NCBI GenBank assembly: GCA_030019255.1
Contig: JASEFK010000004.1
Coordinates: forward strand, 15,370-79,369
Direction: 5' to 3'
Source of the DNA: Actinomycetota bacterium
GTDB taxonomy: Bacteria; Actinomycetota; Geothermincolia; Geothermincolales; RBG-13-55-18
Length of the DNA: 64,000 nt
The position numbers and the translations under genes are program-made. The notes beneath the pieces were generated by a model. It did no database searches and had not been told where the DNA came from. It was given only the letters and a program-made list of their open reading frames with translations. Below are positions 41,778 through 51,772 of this stretch, in pieces; positions within the stretch are counted from its first letter, which is position 1; each line of letters opens with the position of its first letter.

Positions 41778-42785
41778 ATGCGAAGGGAATACCGCGTAGC
41801 CGTGGTGGGAGCCACGGGCATGGTGGGGATGACCATGCGGGAGATCCTAGAGGAGCGGGATTTCCCCGTGTCCGAGCTGCGCCTCCTGGCCTCGGAGCGC
41901 TCCAAGGGAAGGCGCCTCCCTTTCCGGGGCGAGGAGATCGAGGTACAGGTCCTGGACGAAGGCTCCTTCGAGGGCATCGACCTGGCCCTCTTTTCCGCCG
42001 GTGCGGAAATATCACGGCGTTTCGCCCCCCACGCCGTGCGCGCGGGGGCCCTGGTGGTAGACAACAGCAGCGCCTTCCGCATGGATCCCGGGGTTCCCCT
42101 GGTGGTTCCGGAGGTCAATCCCGAGGCGGCCTTCGACCACCAGGGACTCATCGCCAACCCCAACTGCTCCACCATCCAGATGGTGGTGGTGCTCAAGCCC
42201 CTCCACGACCGCTCTCCCCTGCGCCGGGTGGTGGTCTCCACCTACCAGTCGGTGTCCGGGACTGGCAGGGAGGCCGTGGAGGAGCTCCGAACCCAGGCGG
42301 AGGCGGTGCTCAGGGGGGAGGACCCGGTCCCCGTAGTCTATCCCCACCCCATAGCCTTCAACTGCCTGCCCCACATAGACGTCTTCTTCCCCAACGGATA
42401 CACCAAGGAAGAGATGAAGATGGTGGAGGAGACCAGGAAGATCATGGGAATTCCGGACCTCCCCGTATCCGCCACCACGGTGCGCGTACCCGTTTTCGTG
42501 GGCCACTCGGAGTCGGTGAACGCGGAGTTCGAGGACCCCATCCCCCCGGAGGAAGCCAGGCGCATACTGGCCGCGGCGCCGGGGGTGGAGGTCGTCGACG
42601 AGCCCGAGGCCTTCCGCTACCCGCTGGCCATGGACGCCGCCGGAAAGGACTCCTGCTACGTGGGTCGTATCCGGGCCGACCTCTCCTGTCCCCGGGCCCT
42701 CAATTTCTGGGTGGTGGCCGATAACCTGCGCAAGGGCGCCGCCCTCAACGCGGTGCAGATAGCGGAGCTGGTTCTGGAGACCTGA
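41778..42785 (+). CDS. asd: Aspartate-semialdehyde dehydrogenase
   Basis: MRREYRVAVVGATGMVG..., with the ATG at 41778 behind a GGGAGG SD. The active-site Cys region is NPNCSTIQMV. Confidence 0.9.
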   Translation: MRREYRVAVVGATGMVGMTMREILEERDFPVSELRLLASERSKGRRLPFRGEEIEVQVLDEGSFEGIDLALFSAGAEISRRFAPHAVRAGALVVDNSSAFRMDPGVPLVVPEVNPEAAFDHQGLIANPNCSTIQMVVVLKPLHDRSPLRRVVVSTYQSVSGTGREAVEELRTQAEAVLRGEDPVPVVYPHPIAFNCLPHIDVFFPNGYTKEEMKMVEETRKIMGIPDLPVSATTVRVPVFVGHSESVNAEFEDPIPPEEARRILAAAPGVEVVDEPEAFRYPLAMDAAGKDSCYVGRIRADLSCPRALNFWVVADNLRKGAALNAVQIAELVLET

Positions 42786-43856
42786 ATGTCCGGGGAAGAC
42801 CGGGAAGCCGGAAGCCGGGAGGAGGAGGGGCCGAGCTGCCACTGGCATCACCAGCGCCGGGCGGTTGCCCTGTGTGTCTCCTGCGGTCGGGCGGTGTGCG
42901 CCGAGTGCGACCACCTCGCGGGTTACCGGCACCACTGCCCCTTCTGCCTTCCCCGACCGATACCTCAACCGGCGTGGGGGCAAGGCCCCTATGCGCCGCC
43001 TGCCGCTCCGGGGGCCGGCCCGTACGTGCCGCCTCCCTACTACCCGCCGCCCCATCCTCTGCCGGTGCCCCCTCCGGCCTGCTCGCCAACCGGCTACTAC
43101 CTGCCCGCCCCGCCCCTTTCCGCTCCCCCGGTCGCGGAGCCTCCCGAGCCGGAGGACCGCCGGGAACACCGCTGGTGGAGGGCGGACTGGAAGCTCTCCG
43201 AGGTCACCGTGGCCCTCTTCGTCATCTTCGGGATCTATAACCTGGTGGGCGTGGCGCTCCTCCTCACCACCGATAACCCGCTCTTCTACGAGTACCTGTC
43301 CTACGCCCTCTTCTTCTGTCCCCTCATCCTCCTGTGCACGGTCTGGATACTGAAACGCCACGGGAGGGGGCGGGAGGAACTGGGCCTGGTCTGGGGGCGG
43401 CCATGGAAGACGCTGCTCTCTGGCCTGGGCGGCAGCGCGGCGGCCCTGTCCTTGAGCTACGCCGCCTTCTTCGCCCTCTATTTCCTGTTCTACCTCGTCG
43501 CAGGCAGGCCGCCCTCGGCTGGGGAGACGGAGCAGCTTCGGGGTATAGGCGGCGGCGGGCTGGCCCTGGTGATCGCGGTGGTGGTCCTGCTGGCCCCCGT
43601 CTTCGAGGAGATCTTCTTTCGGGGGCTTTTCTACTCCGCCCTGCGCAGGAAGATGGGACCGCGGGCCGCGGTGGCCATAAACGGCCTCATCTTCGGGGCT
43701 TTGCACTTCCAGCCCCTGTACATGATCTCCCTGGTCCTGGTGGGCATGGTCCTGGCCTACCTCTACGAGAAGACCGACTCCCTATACGCCTCTATGACCG
43801 CCCACGCGCTCTACAACCTGGTCGTGGTCCTGATGGCCCTCTTCACCGGTTGGTGA
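42786..43856 (+). CDS. CPBP-family (CAAX/Abi-type) intramembrane protease with an N-terminal B-box-like zinc finger and a Pro-rich linker
   Basis: 356 aa. The N-terminus C-x2-H-x8-C-x2-C-x4-C-x2-C-x9-C-x2-C is followed by a PP-rich linker and about 6 TM. CPBP motifs are EEIFFRG, FGALHF and HALYN. The ATG directly abuts the asd stop. Confidence 0.72.
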   Translation: MSGEDREAGSREEEGPSCHWHHQRRAVALCVSCGRAVCAECDHLAGYRHHCPFCLPRPIPQPAWGQGPYAPPAAPGAGPYVPPPYYPPPHPLPVPPPACSPTGYYLPAPPLSAPPVAEPPEPEDRREHRWWRADWKLSEVTVALFVIFGIYNLVGVALLLTTDNPLFYEYLSYALFFCPLILLCTVWILKRHGRGREELGLVWGRPWKTLLSGLGGSAAALSLSYAAFFALYFLFYLVAGRPPSAGETEQLRGIGGGGLALVIAVVVLLAPVFEEIFFRGLFYSALRRKMGPRAAVAINGLIFGALHFQPLYMISLVLVGMVLAYLYEKTDSLYASMTAHALYNLVVVLMALFTGW

Positions 43857-43985
43857 GGACTGGCACGGGAGGCGGGTCGCGGAACGGAGGGGTGATGGGC
43901 CCGCTCGGTTTCAGGCGCCGGGCTCGCTTGTCGAATAAATCATAGCGGGCCCGCGGGAGCGGGCCCGGAGCAGGAAAGGAAGGAT

Positions 43986-45089
43986 GTGTCCGTGGACGTG
44001 CCGCGCTGCGCCGCGCATCCCGAGGAGCCGGCCGCGGCGTCCTGCCCGGAATGCGGCGGCCATTATTGCTCGCGCTGCCTGCGTCCCATGGGAGGCCGCC
44101 TCCTCTGCCCTTCATGCGCGGAGAGGGCCGTTTACGGGGGCGGCACCCAGGTTTCCGGAGTGGAGGCGCACCGGGCGCCGGAGCGCGGGCCGGTGGCGGC
44201 CAAGATTGTGGCCACCTGCGCCTTCCATCCCGGCGTCAGGGCGGTCACCCGCTGCAGCCGCTGCGGGGCCTTCATCTGCTCCGCCTGCCAGAGGGTAGGC
44301 GGCGATAGGCGTTATTGCGACCATTGTTACCAGGAAATGGTAAATGAGCCCCGGCGCAGGGCGGCGGCGGGCGGGAATGGCGACGCCCTTACCTCCCCCT
44401 CCCGAGCCGCCTGGAGGCTGTGGCCGGGGCTGGCCTTCCTGCCCCTCCCCTTCCTCCTGAGCTGGCTGATGACCTACATGATGCGCCAGGGCGAAGAGGT
44501 CTCCGTGGGGGCCGCCCAGCTGCTTGTAAGCCTTCTGCTCTACTCCTCCACCCTGATCTATACCTTGCTGGTGGTCTCGAGGCACGGGAACGCCCGGGAG
44601 CTGCTGGGAATGCACGGGGATAACCTGGCGGGGGCGCTGGGCCTGGGGGTAATCTGCGGGTCGCTGGCCTTCTGGATAGGGACCGCCGGAAGCTTCATAT
44701 CCGTGGGCCTCCTTGAGCGGGTGAGCTGGGTGGAGGAATGGCTGCGCAGCTTCTTCGACGTCAACGTGAAGAACGTCACCGGCGCGGACCTGCTGGTGGC
44801 CGGGCTGGTGATCATCATCGCCGCTCCCGTCTTCGAGGAGATCTTCTTCCGGGGCTTCCTCTACCCCGCCATGCGGCGGAGGATGGGAGTATGGTCGGCC
44901 TCCCTGCTAAACGGATTCCTCTTCGCCGCGGTGCACTTCAGCCTCTTCGGGCTCCTGGGGAGGACCCTGGTGGGCACCCTCTTCTGTCTCCTCTACGAGT
45001 ACACCGGGAACCTGTGGTCCCCGGTGGCCGCCCACGGCATCAACAACTTCGTGGCCTTCTTCCTGCCCCTGGCGGCCATATGGAGCTGA
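43986..45089 (+). CDS. CPBP-family intramembrane protease paralog with two N-terminal B-box-like zinc fingers
   Basis: 367 aa. Two Zn-finger units (CAAHPEEPAAASCPECGGHYCSRC...CPSC and CAFHPGVRAVTRCSRCGAFICSAC...CDHC), then a TM domain with EEIFFRG, FAAVHF and HGINN. Confidence 0.72.
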   Translation: MSVDVPRCAAHPEEPAAASCPECGGHYCSRCLRPMGGRLLCPSCAERAVYGGGTQVSGVEAHRAPERGPVAAKIVATCAFHPGVRAVTRCSRCGAFICSACQRVGGDRRYCDHCYQEMVNEPRRRAAAGGNGDALTSPSRAAWRLWPGLAFLPLPFLLSWLMTYMMRQGEEVSVGAAQLLVSLLLYSSTLIYTLLVVSRHGNARELLGMHGDNLAGALGLGVICGSLAFWIGTAGSFISVGLLERVSWVEEWLRSFFDVNVKNVTGADLLVAGLVIIIAAPVFEEIFFRGFLYPAMRRRMGVWSASLLNGFLFAAVHFSLFGLLGRTLVGTLFCLLYEYTGNLWSPVAAHGINNFVAFFLPLAAIWS

Positions 45090-45339
45090 GAATGAGCTTT
45101 TCGGATGCGGCGAGCTTACTTGGCATTCACGCCGGGACTTCGCCTGGAGGCCGGCAGGGACCTTGGGGGACGAGGGACTCGGCCCCCGGGAATTTCGGGG
45201 CGTTAATCTGGGTGGAGCGGAGTTCGCCGCATGGGCTCCCAGGGGGCTGGCGGTTGCCGGGGCGCTTAACAAGGGGAGTGGAGGAGTATATGATTATGGG
45301 GGAGAAGACTAATCTTAAAGTTGAACAAGAGGTTTATAT

Positions 45340-47028
45340 ATGATATGCGATAAGTGCGGTACGGAGAATCGTGAGGACGCGGCCTTCTGCGTGGCCTGCG
45401 GCGCAGCCCTCCCAGGCGCCACGTTCTCCTCCCTCCAACCCAGGGATGGGGAAAGGGAAAAACCCGAGGCCGTATCCTTCCCTTCGATTCCGTGGACCCG
45501 GACCTCCTCGCCGCTGGAGGAGGAGAAGCGATTCAAGGATGTGACCGTTACCCGGGACGCTACCGCCCGGAAGCATCCGCAAGCACCCGGCCTTCCGTTC
45601 CCGGAAATGCCGGCGGGGACGACGGAGGCGACCCGGGAAGCGCGGTCCGGAGAAGCCGGGGAAACGCCCCTGCCGGAAATGCCGCCCCAATCGACCGGCG
45701 GCCTGGATTCCCGGGCATCCGCGCAGGAACCCTATCGCGTGGTCTCGCCCGGGGGCTTCGTCTTCAGCACGTCCAGGGCGGCGGCCCATGAGGGCACCGG
45801 GGAAGAGGTTGGCTTCCCGGGAACGGAGCCTGTGACTCCGAGTGCCGCTGCCGGCATGCCCGCGGGAAACTCCGAGAAGGCTCCCGGAGGGGTGGAGGGA
45901 GGAACCCCGGCGCCCGGGGAAACGGCAGTCTGGACTCCCGAGGTTCCCGACCGGGAGGAAGGCGAGGAGGATGGAAGGCTAGTGTACATACCCCCGGAGT
46001 CCGACCTTCCCCTTCGGCGCGGAGGGTCGGATTCCGCCCACGCGGAGTCCCTTCCCTCCTCGGCCCCCGAAGCGGTGCCGCCCGAGGACCGTACCCAGGC
46101 CATGGAGCCGGTGCCCGACGCGGGAAGGGTACACGTCCCCCAGGTGCTCTGTCCGGAGTGTTACGCCCACAACCCGGAGATGAACCGCTTCTGCCAGGAG
46201 TGTGGGAACCCCCTGCCGGCGGCATCCCGGGGGCGGCCGGTGGCCAGGCGACCGATGCCGGCCGGGACCGCCTACCGCCCCACGGCTACCCTTTACCTAC
46301 CGGAGGAGGAGACCGCCGCCGGGATGGAGCACGCACGGGAGGGAGGACGCGGGGAGGTCCGCCGGGAGAAAAGATTCGGGGCTGCGGACGCCCTCGCGAC
46401 GGTCTCGGCGATCGTCCTGGCTGCCTCGCTGGCCCTCCCCACCTTCCTGGAAGGATTTTCCTACAAGAATGGGGTGGACCTGGGCATTTTCTCCCACCAG
46501 GGAGCCTACGTGCGCGGCGCTTACGAGCTGCTCGGCGGGCCGGGTATCCTTCCCTACCGGGGAGTGGAGTTCTTCACCGTGGGCCTGGTCTTCGCCGTGG
46601 CGCTCTTCCTGGCCCTGCTTTTTCTCGTCCTGCGCGTGGGACGGGGGCCCATGTTCATGCTAGCTGGCAGCTTGGCGGCACTTCCCCTGGTCTACCTCTT
46701 CTTCCAGGCCCTGCTGCCGCTGCGGGAGAGGGGGGTGGAGATAGAGCCGGCCTTGGGCCTGGGAAGGCTCTTTTTCGGCGGCGACGGGGCTCCCGGCCTA
46801 GGGCCCGCGGTGTGGATGGGCTGCGCCGCCGCCATACTCCTCATCCTGGCCGGGTTCCTGGCTCCCCCGCGGGGATGGGGGAGGTTGTTCACCTTCCTGG
46901 TCTTTTTCAGCCTGGTCCTGGGAGCCGGTTTCTTCTGCGCCGCCTGCTACAACTGGAACCTTTTCATCTCCGAAGCCGCGGCCGGAACCCCCGCCGCGAC
47001 GGCGCCCCTCCTGGCTGCTTTTCTATGA
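45340..47028 (+). CDS. Double zinc-ribbon protein with a long acidic/Pro-rich disordered linker and a C-terminal polytopic membrane domain
   Basis: 562 aa. MICDKCGTENREDAAFCVACGA and CPECYAHNPEMNRFCQECGN zinc ribbons lie about 260 aa apart. About 6 C-terminal TM. No CPBP motifs. Confidence 0.62.
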   Translation: MICDKCGTENREDAAFCVACGAALPGATFSSLQPRDGEREKPEAVSFPSIPWTRTSSPLEEEKRFKDVTVTRDATARKHPQAPGLPFPEMPAGTTEATREARSGEAGETPLPEMPPQSTGGLDSRASAQEPYRVVSPGGFVFSTSRAAAHEGTGEEVGFPGTEPVTPSAAAGMPAGNSEKAPGGVEGGTPAPGETAVWTPEVPDREEGEEDGRLVYIPPESDLPLRRGGSDSAHAESLPSSAPEAVPPEDRTQAMEPVPDAGRVHVPQVLCPECYAHNPEMNRFCQECGNPLPAASRGRPVARRPMPAGTAYRPTATLYLPEEETAAGMEHAREGGRGEVRREKRFGAADALATVSAIVLAASLALPTFLEGFSYKNGVDLGIFSHQGAYVRGAYELLGGPGILPYRGVEFFTVGLVFAVALFLALLFLVLRVGRGPMFMLAGSLAALPLVYLFFQALLPLRERGVEIEPALGLGRLFFGGDGAPGLGPAVWMGCAAAILLILAGFLAPPRGWGRLFTFLVFFSLVLGAGFFCAACYNWNLFISEAAAGTPAATAPLLAAFL

Positions 47029-47405
47029 ACATCCCGTCACGACGGGCGCATTATGCACCCGAACGGGCAGGTCCTCCCCTCGAGAGCGCGCAAGGCTTCC
47101 CCGCTGGCATGTTCCTTTTCCGGGGAGGATCGAGGGCTCATGTCCTGTCGTGACGAGGCGCACGTAAAGACGCGCGGTGTTTCTGCGGACGTCCCCCGGG
47201 TCCCTCAAGGTGAGGGATCCCCTGTCGGGAACGGCAGGATGTCTTTCCGTAAAGGGGTGAAGAGGAGCCGATCTCGCGACGTGCGGTGCCCCTTTTCGTT
47301 GACGTCCCTTCAGACCCCCGTATATAGTTAGTCTCGCGAATCCTTTCCATAGAAACGCATGAGTTCACGCTGCCGCAAGGGCGAGGCGAGGCCGGAGGGC
47401 GAGGT

Positions 47406-48803
47406 GTGATGCGTAAATCGTTTGGCGCTGCCATGAGGAGACCGATCATCGTTCTTGCGGCGGCCCTGCTTGCGGCCCTGGCGCTGGCGGGATGCTTCGG
47501 GGGAGCCCCGGAGGGGGTGAAGGTGACCGAGGTGAGACGGGGGGACGTGAGCAGGGTGGTCACCGCGGTAGGCAGGCTGGAGGCCGACAACCCCGTCGAC
47601 GTCTACCCTCCCGCCAGCGGGACCATCGCCGCCCTCTACGTGAGGGAGGGGGATCGCGTGGAGGCCGGGGACCTCCTGGCCTCGCTGGACCAGGAGGAGC
47701 TCAAGGCCCAGGCGGCCAAGGCCAGGGCCAGCTACCTCACCGGTGCCGCGGTGGGCGACGTCCTCGCCGGGCAGTACTCGGGCATGCAGGCCCTCTACCA
47801 GGGCGCAGAGTACGCCTTCCAGGTCTTCGGGCAGACCCAGGAACAGCTGGACGCCATGGTCCTCAACCTCTTCGACCTGGTGCCCCTGGTGGTGCCCCTG
47901 CTACCCCCGGACCAGCAGGAGTTCGTCAAGTCCCTCGTCGCCGAGCAGAGGGCGGCCTACCTCGAGGCTATGGCCTCGCGACCCGCACCGCCTTCCCTGG
48001 CGCTGCCCGCTTATCCTTCCGATGCCTTGGCGGCCGGCGAGGCCGTGAAGGAGGCCTCCAGCTACGAATATCAAAAGGCCCTCTACGCCGCCAACCATCC
48101 TCACCTGGTGGCGCCGGTGTCCGGATACGTGGTCTTCTCCGCCCCTCCCTCGGTCCCGGGGCTGGATTTCCTCTCCGAGATGCTGGGAGGCTTCGGTTCG
48201 CTCCTCACCGGCCTGGGGGACCTGACCTCCCTTCTGGGAGGGGACCTGGGGGCCCTTTTGGGGGGACAGGCGGGCGCGGAACTCAAGGTGGGGAGCAAGG
48301 TCAGCGCCGACAGCCCCGTCTTCCAGATCGTGGACCTCCAGAGCATGCGAGTGAGGGCGGAGGTGGAGGAGACGGACATCCCCAAGGTGCAGGTAGGGCA
48401 GAAGGTCAAGGTCTACCTGGACGCCTACCCCGACTTGGCCTTCACCGGGGAGGTGGTGCAGGTGGGCATCCGGGCGGAGCGCGGCTCGGGAGGGACCACC
48501 GTCTTCCCGGTGATCGTCAGGCTGGACCGCACCGAGGTGCCCCTGCGCCTAGGATACAACGCCACCGTGGACATCGAGGTCCTGAGCCGGAAGGGGATAA
48601 TCTCCCTCCCGGTCACCGCCCTTTTCTCCGAGGAGGGGAAGGATTACGTGTATGTGGTGGAGGACGGCAGGGCCGGTAGGCGGGAGGTCACGGCGGGAGA
48701 GCGGAGCGAGGAATGGGTGGAGATCCTAGCCGGGCTGGAGGAGGGAGAGAGGGTGGTCACGGAAGGGGTGGGCCTGGTGAAGGAAGGCCAGAAGGTGGAA
48801 TGA
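47406..48803 (+). CDS. Efflux-type membrane fusion protein (HlyD/RND adaptor family) lipoprotein, orphan
   Basis: 465 aa. Signal plus lipobox LALAGC. Biotinyl-lipoyl-like, coiled-coil and beta-barrel segments. No transporter gene is adjacent. Confidence 0.78.
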   Translation: MMRKSFGAAMRRPIIVLAAALLAALALAGCFGGAPEGVKVTEVRRGDVSRVVTAVGRLEADNPVDVYPPASGTIAALYVREGDRVEAGDLLASLDQEELKAQAAKARASYLTGAAVGDVLAGQYSGMQALYQGAEYAFQVFGQTQEQLDAMVLNLFDLVPLVVPLLPPDQQEFVKSLVAEQRAAYLEAMASRPAPPSLALPAYPSDALAAGEAVKEASSYEYQKALYAANHPHLVAPVSGYVVFSAPPSVPGLDFLSEMLGGFGSLLTGLGDLTSLLGGDLGALLGGQAGAELKVGSKVSADSPVFQIVDLQSMRVRAEVEETDIPKVQVGQKVKVYLDAYPDLAFTGEVVQVGIRAERGSGGTTVFPVIVRLDRTEVPLRLGYNATVDIEVLSRKGIISLPVTALFSEEGKDYVYVVEDGRAGRREVTAGERSEEWVEILAGLEEGERVVTEGVGLVKEGQKVE

Positions 48804-48824
48804 GCCCCTCCGGAGTGCCGGCGC

Positions 48825-51119
48825 ATGGATTTTGAGGAACTGATCCGGGAGATAAGCGAGGGCTGGGGGGAGGGTCACCGGGTCGCCCACCTGGAGGTCA
48901 TACCCTCCCGTGAGCCCCGGCTCACCGAGCTCCCGGATGGACTACACCCCTCCCTGGTGGAAACCCTCGGGCGCATGGGCATCACCGGCCTCTACCTCCA
49001 CCAGGCCCGTGCCCTGGAGCTCCTTTCCCGGGGACACAACGTGGTCATCGCCACCGGGACCGCCAGCGGGAAGAGCTTCTGCTACCACATACCGGTCTAC
49101 CAGGAGCTCATGGAAAACCCTTCCAGTAGGGCCCTGTACATCTTTCCCACCAAGGCGCTGGCCCAGGACCAGCTGCGCAGCCTGGAGGAGCTGTACGGGG
49201 GTGAGGTGGTCTCGGCCACCTACGACGGCGACACGCCGTTGGAACTGCGGAGCTGGATAAGGCGCCAGGCCCAGGTAGTGCTCACCAACCCGGACATGCT
49301 CCATTACGGCATACTACCCAACCACAGGCTATGGGGCGGATTCTTCCGCCGCCTCCGTTACGTGGTCCTAGACGAGGCTCACGTGGCCCGCGGCGTCTTC
49401 GGCTCACACGTGGCCCAGGTGCTACGGCGTCTGCGGCGCACGGCGGAGCGCTACGGCTCGCGGCCCGTGTTCGTCTTCGCCAGCGCCACCATCGCCAACC
49501 CGGCGGAACACGCCTCCAAGCTCTGCGGGCTGGAGGTGAAGGCGGTGGAGGATGACTCCTCTCCGCGAGGGAGGAAGGTATTCGCCCTCTGGAACCCCCC
49601 AGACATCCTGTCCCGGGAGGGCGGGGAAATCCACCGTTCCTCCAATCTGGAGACGGCGGAGATACTGGCCCGGTTAATTCGGCTGGGGGTGCGCACCATC
49701 GCCTTCTGTCGCTCCCGCAAGGCGGCAGAGCTGGTCTACGGCTATGTGCTGCGCCTGTTGGGTTCGGAGGAGAGGAAACTCGCGGAGAGAATTTCCCCTT
49801 ACCGGGGAGGCTATCTGCCTGCGGAGAGGAGGGAGATAGAGCGTCGTCTTTTCTCCGGGGAACTTCTGGCGGTGACCACCACCAATGCCCTGGAGCTGGG
49901 GGTGGACATCGGGGAACTGGAGGCCTGTCTCATGAACGGCTATCCGGGGACCATCGCCAGCACCTGGCAGCAGGCCGGGAGGGCGGGGCGCCGGCAGGGG
50001 GAATCGCTGGCCGTGCTGGTGGCCGCCGACGATCCGCTGGACCAGTACCTGGTCCGCCACCCGGAGTTCCTCTTCGGCTCACCCTGCGAGGAGGCGGTCA
50101 TCGACCTGGAGAACCGGCGCATACTGGGCGACCACCTGGTATGCGCGGCCTACGAGTTCCCCCTGCGGGAGGAGGACGAGGAGTACTTCGGGCCCGCCAT
50201 GCGGGAGATTCTCGAGGAGCTGTCCCGCGAGGGACGGCTGAAGAAAAGGGGCGGGAGGTGGTACTTCGCGGGGCCGGGCTCCCCGGCCCAGGAGGTGAAC
50301 CTGCGGTCCGCCTCCGGGAAGCTCATCAGCATCGTGGACCGGGACACCGGGACCCTGCTGGGGACCGTGGAGGAGGCTTCCTGTTTTTTCCATGTGCATC
50401 CCGGGGCCGTCTACCTGCACCAGGGCGATTCCTACCTGGTGGAGGAGCTGGACCTGGAGCGCATGGTGGCCCTGGTGAGGGCCGAGGAGCTTGACTTTTA
50501 CACCAACCCCATGGACAACACCGACGTCGTGGTCCTGGAGGAGGAACGGGCGAAGGCCCCGGGACCGCGGGCGTGTTCCCTCCACTACGGGGAGGTGGAG
50601 GTCTCGGTCAAGGTGTACGCATACCAGAAGCGGCGGCTCCTCACCCACGAGGTCCTGGAGACCCTGGGGCTGGACTTGCCCACCCGTACCCTGCGGACCA
50701 GGGCCCTGTGGTACACCTTGCCGCCCGAGCGCCTGGCTCCCCTGGAGATGGACGAGTACACCTTGGCTGGGGGGCTGCACGCCCTGGAGCACGCCTCCAT
50801 CGCCATGCTCCCCCTCTTCGCCATGTGTGATCGCTGGGACATAGGGGGCATGTCCACGGCCTTCCACCCGGATACCGGCCGGGCCACGGTCTTCATCTAC
50901 GACGCCTACCCGGGCGGGGTAGGCATCGCCGCCCGGGGGTTCCGCCTGGCGACGCGGCACCTGAGGGCCACCCGCGAGATGGTGGAGAGATGCCCATGCG
51001 CCGAGGGCTGCCCCTCGTGCATCCAGTCCCCCAAGTGCGGGAGCGGCAACGAGCCCCTGCACAAGCGGGCGGCGGCGGAGCTCCTCAAGTTGCTCGAGGA
51101 AGATCTCGCCGCGGAATGA
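48825..51119 (+). CDS. DEAD/DEAH-box helicase with a C-terminal DUF1998 zinc domain (MrfA/YprA-like)
   Basis: 764 aa. Walker A ATGTASGKS, DEAH, the helicase C domain, and the C-terminal CPCAEGCPSCIQSPKCGSGN. Confidence 0.85.
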   Translation: MDFEELIREISEGWGEGHRVAHLEVIPSREPRLTELPDGLHPSLVETLGRMGITGLYLHQARALELLSRGHNVVIATGTASGKSFCYHIPVYQELMENPSSRALYIFPTKALAQDQLRSLEELYGGEVVSATYDGDTPLELRSWIRRQAQVVLTNPDMLHYGILPNHRLWGGFFRRLRYVVLDEAHVARGVFGSHVAQVLRRLRRTAERYGSRPVFVFASATIANPAEHASKLCGLEVKAVEDDSSPRGRKVFALWNPPDILSREGGEIHRSSNLETAEILARLIRLGVRTIAFCRSRKAAELVYGYVLRLLGSEERKLAERISPYRGGYLPAERREIERRLFSGELLAVTTTNALELGVDIGELEACLMNGYPGTIASTWQQAGRAGRRQGESLAVLVAADDPLDQYLVRHPEFLFGSPCEEAVIDLENRRILGDHLVCAAYEFPLREEDEEYFGPAMREILEELSREGRLKKRGGRWYFAGPGSPAQEVNLRSASGKLISIVDRDTGTLLGTVEEASCFFHVHPGAVYLHQGDSYLVEELDLERMVALVRAEELDFYTNPMDNTDVVVLEEERAKAPGPRACSLHYGEVEVSVKVYAYQKRRLLTHEVLETLGLDLPTRTLRTRALWYTLPPERLAPLEMDEYTLAGGLHALEHASIAMLPLFAMCDRWDIGGMSTAFHPDTGRATVFIYDAYPGGVGIAARGFRLATRHLRATREMVERCPCAEGCPSCIQSPKCGSGNEPLHKRAAAELLKLLEEDLAAE

Positions 51120-51772
51120 AACTTCAGCCCTGGCGAGGCGGGGTATGATCAGGGCCTCCACCATGGACTCGTGCCGGCTGCCGTCGCCCAGGTTCATATG
51201 GTATTTTATGGTAATTATTACCGGGCTGTCACGCACGCATCATCGGTGCCGTCCTTCGGGACGTGGGGATTAGCGTGTTTGGTAATATATGGCGGAAATC
51301 ACTGCTCGAGAAGGGAAGCCTTGTTCCCGGTCCGGTCGGCGAGTGTGGTTCCCCAGCTTCCGATTTTGGTCCTGCCAAAAACTCCAGTCCTGGAGCCTAA
51401 TAATCGACGCCGTGGCGTCCGATAAAAAGAGCGGGAGAGGGAGACCGAGGCGATGGTCAACCTTCCAAAAGAGGTGGTGTGCGAGAGTTTTGACCACGGC
51501 TCTCCCTCATCCCTGTTTTTTGCCGGCGGGTATTCACGCATTAGAATTGCTTCGGTGCCATTCGGTGTAGCGCTGACCCCAGGAACCAAGGTTTCCTTAA
51601 CCCTGGGTTTCGTCGCTGGAATGACGCCGCTGCGGACAAGATGCCGCCACGTGGATGAGCATGCTCTCACGGGCGGTAATGAAATGCACAAAGCCATTCG
51701 TGTCATGGGTGCATTATTTTATCGAAATAATCATTGTGTATAATGTCGCAAGTACCTTGTTATAATCTCCGT

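Noticed and set aside
42012-43706. 564-aa minus-strand ORF
   Set aside because: Antisense to asd and the first CPBP gene. Gly/Arg/His-rich shadow frame.
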